Of a stretch of 64,000 nt of DNA, positions 58,533 to 64,000 are shown in pieces. Within the stretch, counting starts at the first letter, position 1. Every line of letters begins with the position of its first letter. The notes under the pieces were generated by a model. That model did not search any database, was not told where the DNA came from, and was given only the letters and a program-made list of their open reading frames with translations. This DNA comes from Flavobacteriales bacterium (lineage in GTDB: Bacteria > Bacteroidota > Bacteroidia > Flavobacteriales > Weeksellaceae): the NCBI GenBank assembly GCA_020635515.1, contig JACJZS010000002.1:1162273-1226272 (forward strand), read 5' to 3'. The translations under genes were made by a program, and so were the position numbers.

Positions 58533-58988
58533 TTAAATTAATTTTTTATAGTTTCTTAACTCGCTGGATTTGATGTCTTCAAATCCGATGACAAATTTAG
58601 AACTTCGCAAAAATAAATAAAAGTTATTAGAAATAGGATAAATATATTTAATTATATAACTAAATGTCTTTTTTTGGGGGATTAAGTAGTTTATTACAGG
58701 TATTTCTGAGAACAGCAGGTTGTTAGATGTATTGATTTCCTTAGGTATAGAAATATTCCGTATAAGTTCTATAGGATATTCAATAAAGTTTTTTGTACTT
58801 TTATAATGAATGAATTCAAATTCTTCGTTTTTTTCTTTTACTTTATGATTTTTTATTTGAGTGAGATGTATATTGAATTCTTGGTTGATTAGATATGCAA
58901 ATTTATGAGGTTCAATAAAATGTGTATTTATGAATATGACGTGAAATTCATTATCCTCTTCCTCTTCTATGGAGAACTTTCTAATCAT
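58533..58988 (-). CDS. Conserved hypothetical protein between pyk and rnc (possibly the Bacteroidetes 'IPExxxVDY' family)
   Basis: 151 aa. The position between rnc and pyk is conserved in Flavobacteriia by recall. The family name was not verified from the motif. Confidence 0.35.
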   Translation of the reverse strand: MIRKFSIEEEEDNEFHVIFINTHFIEPHKFAYLINQEFNIHLTQIKNHKVKEKNEEFEFIHYKSTKNFIEYPIELIRNISIPKEINTSNNLLFSEIPVINYLIPQKKTFSYIIKYIYPISNNFYLFLRSSKFVIGFEDIKSSELRNYKKLI

Positions 58989-59697
58989 TTTGTGGAATTT
59001 TTAACGAATAAAATGCTCTTTTTGCAGCAATTTCTTCGGCTTTTTTCTTTGATAGTTCTCTTCCTTTTGAAATTTTATTTCCATTTAGTTTAAGGATAGA
59101 CACAAATACAGTGTGATTTTGTGCATTTTTCTCTTCTGAGGTTTCAAATGAAATATTAATTTTATGTTTTTGAGAATGTTCTATAATCATGCCTTTGTAA
59201 CTGGAAATTTGATTTTCTAGGTTTTCTAGATTCTCCTTGTTGAGTATGTTTTTGTGTATGAAATTTTTACATTCTTTAGTTCCATAGTCTAAGTAAATAG
59301 CACCTATTAGAGATTCAAGAATGTTTCCATGAATATTTTCTCCAAGAGAAGATTCTTTGTCTTTCCGAATTAAATCAATTAAATGAAGTTCTTTTGAGAT
59401 TTTATTTAATTTTTTTCTACTGACTAATTTAGAACGCATTTGTGTAAGATATCCTTCTTGCTGATTAGGAGCACTATGAAAAAGATATTCTGATACAATA
59501 CATCCTAAAACGGAATCTCCCAAGAATTCCAGTCGCTCATAATTTGCAGAATATGATTTGTTTCTATAAAACGATTTATGAGTGAGAGCTTCTTTATATA
59601 ACTCTATATTTTTTGGTTTAAAACCTATAACTTGATGTATTTTTTGACTGAAAGTATCGGTTTTTTTTTTCGAAAAAAAAGATTTGAGGGATAACAT
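58981..59697 (-). CDS. rnc: Ribonuclease III
   Basis: RNase III signature ERLEFLGDSVLG and a C-terminal dsRBD. 238 aa. Confidence 0.9.
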   Translation of the reverse strand: MLSLKSFFSKKKTDTFSQKIHQVIGFKPKNIELYKEALTHKSFYRNKSYSANYERLEFLGDSVLGCIVSEYLFHSAPNQQEGYLTQMRSKLVSRKKLNKISKELHLIDLIRKDKESSLGENIHGNILESLIGAIYLDYGTKECKNFIHKNILNKENLENLENQISSYKGMIIEHSQKHKINISFETSEEKNAQNHTVFVSILKLNGNKISKGRELSKKKAEEIAAKRAFYSLKIPQND

Positions 59698-60945
59698 TTA
59701 GTATTTTTTGAACAAAACACAAGCATTGTGTCCTCCAAATCCAAAAGTATTACTCAAGGCATAAGTTACATCTTTTTCTTTAGGTGTATTGAATGTGAAA
59801 TCTAGTTTAGGGTCTATATTTTCATCATCGGTAAAATGGTTTATAGTTGGAGGTACTTTTGAGTGAAGTATCGCACCAATTGAAGCAATTGCTTCAACAA
59901 CACCTGCGGCACCTAATAGGTGTCCTGTCATTGATTTTGTAGAGTTTATTTGAATATTGTATGCACTTTCTCCAAATAAATCAACTATAGCTTTTGATTC
60001 TGCTATATCTCCTAATGGAGTAGAAGTACCATGCATATTGATTGCATCTACCATATCTGGCGTAACTCCAGCATCTTCTAAAGTAGCTTTCATTACATTG
60101 TATGCACCTAGGCCTTCTGGGTGTGGAGCGGTCATATGATACGCATCTGCACTTAAACCTCCACCTACTAGTTCAGCGTAAATAGTAGCTCCTCGTGTTA
60201 TAGCATGTTCATACTCTTCTAGGATTAAGCAACCAGCACCTTCACCAAGAACAAACCCATCTCTGTCTTTATCAAATGGTCTTGAAGCGGTTTTATAATC
60301 ATCGTTTCGAGTGGATAATGCGTGTAGAGAATTAAATCCACCAACACCACTTGCTGTAACAGCCGCTTCAGAACCTCCTGCAACTATTATATCTGCTTTT
60401 CCTAATTGAATTAGCATTCGGGCATCAATTAAGGCGTTTGTAGAAGAGGCACATGCGGAAACAGTTGCGTAATTAGGTCCACGGAAACCATATTGTATCG
60501 AAATATTTCCAGGAGTAATGTCTGCAATCATTTTAGGAATGAAAAATGGGTTAAACCTTGGTGTTCCATTTCCTGTTGCATAGTTTGTAACTTCTTCTTC
60601 AAAAGTTTTAAGTCCACCAATTCCAGATCCCCAAATAACACCAACTCTATTTTTGTTTATTGAGTCGTTATTTATTCCTGAATGTTCAACAGCTTCTCTA
60701 GCGGCAATTATACCAAGCTGAGTACAACGATCCATTTTTCGAACTTCTTTTCTGTCGAAATGGTCTTCTGGATTGTAGTTTTTTACTTCGCAAGCGAATT
60801 GGGTTTTAAAGTGAGTAGCATCAAATAGGGTAATGGGAGCAGAACCACTGGTTCCCTCAATTATGTTGTTCCAAAATTCCGTATAGGTATTTCCGACAGG
60901 TGTAAACGCACCAATCCCTGTAACTACTACTCGCTTTAATCCCAT
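59698..60945 (-). CDS. fabF: Beta-ketoacyl-[ACP] synthase II
   Basis: 415 aa with KRVVVTGIG at the N-terminus, the active-site Cys context (ATVSACASS), the His regions and GHNA at the C-terminus. Confidence 0.95.
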   Translation of the reverse strand: MGLKRVVVTGIGAFTPVGNTYTEFWNNIIEGTSGSAPITLFDATHFKTQFACEVKNYNPEDHFDRKEVRKMDRCTQLGIIAAREAVEHSGINNDSINKNRVGVIWGSGIGGLKTFEEEVTNYATGNGTPRFNPFFIPKMIADITPGNISIQYGFRGPNYATVSACASSTNALIDARMLIQLGKADIIVAGGSEAAVTASGVGGFNSLHALSTRNDDYKTASRPFDKDRDGFVLGEGAGCLILEEYEHAITRGATIYAELVGGGLSADAYHMTAPHPEGLGAYNVMKATLEDAGVTPDMVDAINMHGTSTPLGDIAESKAIVDLFGESAYNIQINSTKSMTGHLLGAAGVVEAIASIGAILHSKVPPTINHFTDDENIDPKLDFTFNTPKEKDVTYALSNTFGFGGHNACVLFKKY

Positions 60946-60953
60946 AAATAATA

Positions 60954-61190
60954 TTATTTATTAACTTCTTCTATATAAGATACCGCTTGTCCTACAGTTG
61001 CTATTTTTTCAGCTTGATCGTCTGGTATTTGAATATCGAATTCTTTTTCAAATTCCATAATTAATTCTACTGTATCCAATGAATCTGCACCTAAATCATT
61101 AGTGAAACTTGCTTCTGTAGTAACTTCTGATTCGTCAACTCCTAATTTGTCAACGATAATCGCTTTAACTCTAGATGTAATATCTGACAT
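60954..61190 (-). CDS. acpP: Acyl carrier protein
   Basis: 78 aa with the DLGADSLD phosphopantetheine-attachment motif. Confidence 0.95.
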   Translation of the reverse strand: MSDITSRVKAIIVDKLGVDESEVTTEASFTNDLGADSLDTVELIMEFEKEFDIQIPDDQAEKIATVGQAVSYIEEVNK

Positions 61191-61322
61191 AACTTAATAA
61201 AATTTAAATTCAACGGCAAAGATATAAAATAAACTTTAATTCAAAAAAAGATTTGTGCTCAGTTGATTTTTTTGTAATAAAAGGAAAGGTTTTCTACATT
61301 TACGAAATTAAAAAGTAAAATA

Positions 61323-61937
61323 ATGCATATTGCAATAACAGGGAACATAGGAGCAGGTAAGACAACATTAACTAAATTATTAGCAAAACATTATAAGTGG
61401 ACTCCGCAGTTTGAAGATGTAGATACGAATCCGTATTTGAATGATTTTTATACGGATATGGAAAAGTGGTCGTTTAATTTGCAGATTTACTTTCTTGGTT
61501 CACGTTTTCGTCAAATAAAAGAAATTCGTGAAAGTGGAATGGATATTATTCAAGATAGAACGATATATGAAGATGCATATATATTTGCGGATAATTTACA
61601 TGATATGAACTTGCTTTCTGCTAGAGATTATAAAAATTATTTAAGTCTTTTTGAGCTTATGAAAGAGCATGTACAAGCTCCTGATCTATTAATTTATCTT
61701 CGTGGGTCTGTTCCTGTATTGGTAAATCAAATCTATAAAAGAGGGAGGGATTATGAGTCTTCAATCAGTATTGACTATCTTTCTCGTTTGAATGAAAAGT
61801 ATGAAAATTGGATACAATCTTATGACGAAGGAAAATTGTTAATTATAGATGTAGACAAGGTAAATTTTGTAGATAAGGAGGAAGATTTGGGATTAGTGAT
61901 AGAAAATATAGATGCAGAGATTAATGGATTATTTTAA
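61323..61937 (+). CDS. Deoxynucleoside kinase (dNK family)
   Basis: P-loop GNIGAGKTT, and the ERS/DRY-like motif region typical of dAK/dGK/dCK-type kinases. 204 aa. Confidence 0.85.
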   Translation: MHIAITGNIGAGKTTLTKLLAKHYKWTPQFEDVDTNPYLNDFYTDMEKWSFNLQIYFLGSRFRQIKEIRESGMDIIQDRTIYEDAYIFADNLHDMNLLSARDYKNYLSLFELMKEHVQAPDLLIYLRGSVPVLVNQIYKRGRDYESSISIDYLSRLNEKYENWIQSYDEGKLLIIDVDKVNFVDKEEDLGLVIENIDAEINGLF

Positions 61938-61964
61938 ATTTTAACAAAATAAACGATAAGAATT

Positions 61965-63614
61965 ATGAGTACATTGAAACCTACAAATTATCCTGCATTG
62001 TATATGCTGATAGTTGTTTTCTTTTTTTGGGGATTTATAGCAGCAGGAAACAGTGTTTTTATTCCATTTTGTAAGCACTATTTTGGTCTTGACCAGTTTC
62101 AGAGTCAGCTGGTTGATTTTGCTTTTTATGGTGCATACTATTTGGGAGCACTAGTCTTGTTTATTTCAGGCAATTCCTCAGGAAAAGATTTAGTTGGGCA
62201 ATGGGGATATAAAAAAAGTATCGTTTATGGATTGCTTTTTTCTGCATTAGGAGCCGCGGCTATGATATTTGCAGTAAATGGAAAATCCTTCCCTGGAATG
62301 TTGATAGGTTTATTTGTGGTGGCACTTGGGTTTTCGATTCAGCAAACTGCAGCAAATCCTTTTGCAATATTATTAGGTGATCCTTCTACAGGTTCTACAC
62401 GTGTGAATTTAGGTGGAGGAATCAACTCTTTTGGAACGATGATAGGTCCTTTGATTGTCGCATTTGCTCTTTTTGGTTCTTCCAAGGCAGTAACCGATGA
62501 TATGATTTCCTCGTTGGATTTGAATAAAGTTATTGTTTTATATGTGGTGGTAGGAGTTCTTTTTGTGTTGGCAGCATCGCTGTTTGGTTTTTCTAAATCA
62601 GTTCCTAATGGAGTTAGTGAAGAAAAAACGGAAAAGGCGAATAAGGCAATGAAAAGTCTGATGATTATCACAGGATTGCTCATTGTTATTTTTAGTCAAG
62701 TATTTAATAGTTATTCTGCTTCTTATTTGACTACACATCAAGATTTAGAGCAAGTAGAATATTTTAGAGTGTTGATGTTATTTTTGGCGTTGGTAGTGAT
62801 TGTAGGAGGTTTGGTGTATTCTTATTTTTTATCTCAGAAGAAATCAGAAGGTTGGGGAGCAATGCAGTATCCGCAATTGGTTTTAGGTATGTTGGGTATA
62901 TTTATTTATGTAGGAGTGGAAGTTGCTATCGGTTCTAATCTTGGAGAACTTTTAAAGCAAAAGGAATTTGGAGGGTACGAGTCTTCGAGTATAGCACCGT
63001 TTATTTCTATGTATTGGGGGAGTTTAATGATTGGACGTTGGGCAGGAGCGATTTCTGCATTTAATTTTTCTAATCAGTGGAGGAAAATATTGACTTTTGT
63101 AGTTCCGCTAGTGGCTTTTGGTTTAATTTTATTATCAAATTCTATTGCTAAATACGATGTTTCTGATTTGTATTGGTATATAATATGTGTGGTAGTTCAA
63201 ATTATAGCATTTTATATAGCTGATGACAGACCTGCAAAGTCGTTAATTATTTTTGGAATTTTAGGAATTATCTCTATGATTATAGGAATGCTTACGAGTG
63301 GATTGGTTGCGGTATATGCATTTTTAAGTGGAGGATTGTTTTGTTCCATTTTGTGGCCTTGCATCTTTACACTTTCTATTGCAGGTTTAGGAAAATACAC
63401 TTCTCAGGGTTCTGCGTTTTTAATTATGATGATTCTTGGAGGAGCAATAATTCCACCGATTCAAGGGAAACTTTCTGATATTATAGGAATTCATTTTTCA
63501 TTTATAATACCTGTACTATGCTTCGGTTATTTGGCATTTTTTGGTATAAAAGTAAAGTCAATTCTCAAAAGTCAAGGTATAGATTTCGATGAAAAAGTAG
63601 AAAGTTTACATTAA
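61965..63614 (+). CDS. MFS transporter, FucP/glucose-galactose (FHS) family sugar:H+ symporter
   Basis: A 12-TM MFS topology with an FHS-family N-terminus ([29 protein letters not shown]). Confidence 0.7.
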   Translation: MSTLKPTNYPALYMLIVVFFFWGFIAAGNSVFIPFCKHYFGLDQFQSQLVDFAFYGAYYLGALVLFISGNSSGKDLVGQWGYKKSIVYGLLFSALGAAAMIFAVNGKSFPGMLIGLFVVALGFSIQQTAANPFAILLGDPSTGSTRVNLGGGINSFGTMIGPLIVAFALFGSSKAVTDDMISSLDLNKVIVLYVVVGVLFVLAASLFGFSKSVPNGVSEEKTEKANKAMKSLMIITGLLIVIFSQVFNSYSASYLTTHQDLEQVEYFRVLMLFLALVVIVGGLVYSYFLSQKKSEGWGAMQYPQLVLGMLGIFIYVGVEVAIGSNLGELLKQKEFGGYESSSIAPFISMYWGSLMIGRWAGAISAFNFSNQWRKILTFVVPLVAFGLILLSNSIAKYDVSDLYWYIICVVVQIIAFYIADDRPAKSLIIFGILGIISMIIGMLTSGLVAVYAFLSGGLFCSILWPCIFTLSIAGLGKYTSQGSAFLIMMILGGAIIPPIQGKLSDIIGIHFSFIIPVLCFGYLAFFGIKVKSILKSQGIDFDEKVESLH

Positions 63615-63624
63615 AGGAGGGAAT

Positions 63625-64000
63625 ATGCATAAAATAATTTTCATAGTATTTTTTATGATTTCAATATTCATAAATGCACAAGTTTTATACTCTCCGAATA
63701 AAGATTTTAAAATGGAATTTTCATTGGAAGATGGTATTCCTCAGTATAAATTGACGTATAAAGGAGAGCCAATAATTAAAAAAAGCCAATTGGGACTTGA
63801 GCTAAAGGGAAAGAAATTAGTGGAAGATTTTGATGTTTTGGGTTCAAGTACTTCAACTTTTAATGAAACATGGAGTCCAGTTTTGGGAGAATATTCTGAA
63901 ATTAGGAATAATTACAATGAACTGTTAGTTGAGTTGCAACAGCAAGACTCAGAAATTAAGTTAAATCTTGTTTTTAGATTGTACGATAGCGGTTTAGGGT
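63625..64000 (+). CDS. Glycoside hydrolase family 97-like protein, N-terminal fragment; continues beyond the window
   Basis: Signal peptide, then SPNKDFKMEFSLEDGIPQYKLTYKGEPIIKKSQLGLEL, which resembles the GH97 N-terminal beta-sandwich. Immediately downstream of the sugar transporter. Confidence 0.5.
   Translation, partial: MHKIIFIVFFMISIFINAQVLYSPNKDFKMEFSLEDGIPQYKLTYKGEPIIKKSQLGLELKGKKLVEDFDVLGSSTSTFNETWSPVLGEYSEIRNNYNELLVELQQQDSEIKLNLVFRLYDSGLG

Noticed and set aside
1-64000. tRNA/rRNA genes, CRISPR arrays, integrases/transposases, prophage structural genes
   Set aside because: No GC-rich cloverleaf-like segments and no regularly spaced direct repeats. No ORF carries integrase/transposase motifs (no DDE, tyrosine-recombinase R..H..R..Y or serine-recombinase signatures were recognised).

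Overview
The window is a low-GC (about 30% by eye) chromosomal segment from a Bacteroidota / Flavobacteriia-type genome. The lineage call rests on a PorX-like T9SS response regulator, a GldE-like CBS/CorC protein, Bacteroidetes-specific DUF proteins, a cydAB operon, TonB-dependent receptors, paired SurA-like PPIases and the acpP-fabF-rnc block. Most of it is ordinary core metabolism and envelope genes: udk, lpxD, sucD, tsaE, mtaB, miaB, nadC, kdsC, pyk, fabF, acpP, secG, tatA, cydAB. Two regions stand out. (1) About 28.3-38.3 kb holds a compact, same-strand membrane-remodelling cluster with a divergent XRE/LexA-like regulator. Its genes are a YbjN/YjfI-like small protein, PspA/IM30 (a bacterial ESCRT-III homologue), a YqiJ/NfeD-like membrane protein, a 697-aa flotillin (YqiK-like, expanded coiled coil) and a small two-TM ORF. 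After a long AT-rich spacer comes a 1607-aa protein whose C-terminus carries an AAA_5 (MoxR/McrB/dynein-type) ATPase module. This looks like a fusion of the E. coli yjfIJ and yqiJK neighbourhoods plus a giant ATPase. It is the best candidate in the window for a poorly described envelope-stress or anti-phage system. (2) About 24.4-25.2 kb holds a ParE/RelE-type toxin-antitoxin pair lying between convergent gene ends (nadC on the plus strand, the TPR gene on the minus strand). It is flanked by two ~82-95-bp direct repeats. The toxin is visibly inactivated by a perfect 17-bp tandem duplication; removing one copy restores a full-length 98-aa toxin with a textbook RelE/ParE C-terminus. Smaller accessory inserts are a free-standing NUMOD4/HNH endonuclease gene, and a DUF1016 PDDEXK nuclease gene plus a DinB/YfiT gene between miaB and a receiver-less sigma-54 activator. 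Two short genes absent from the ORF track were found by hand: tatA and a CydX-like ORF after cydB. No rRNA, tRNA, CRISPR array, integrase or transposase could be supported.
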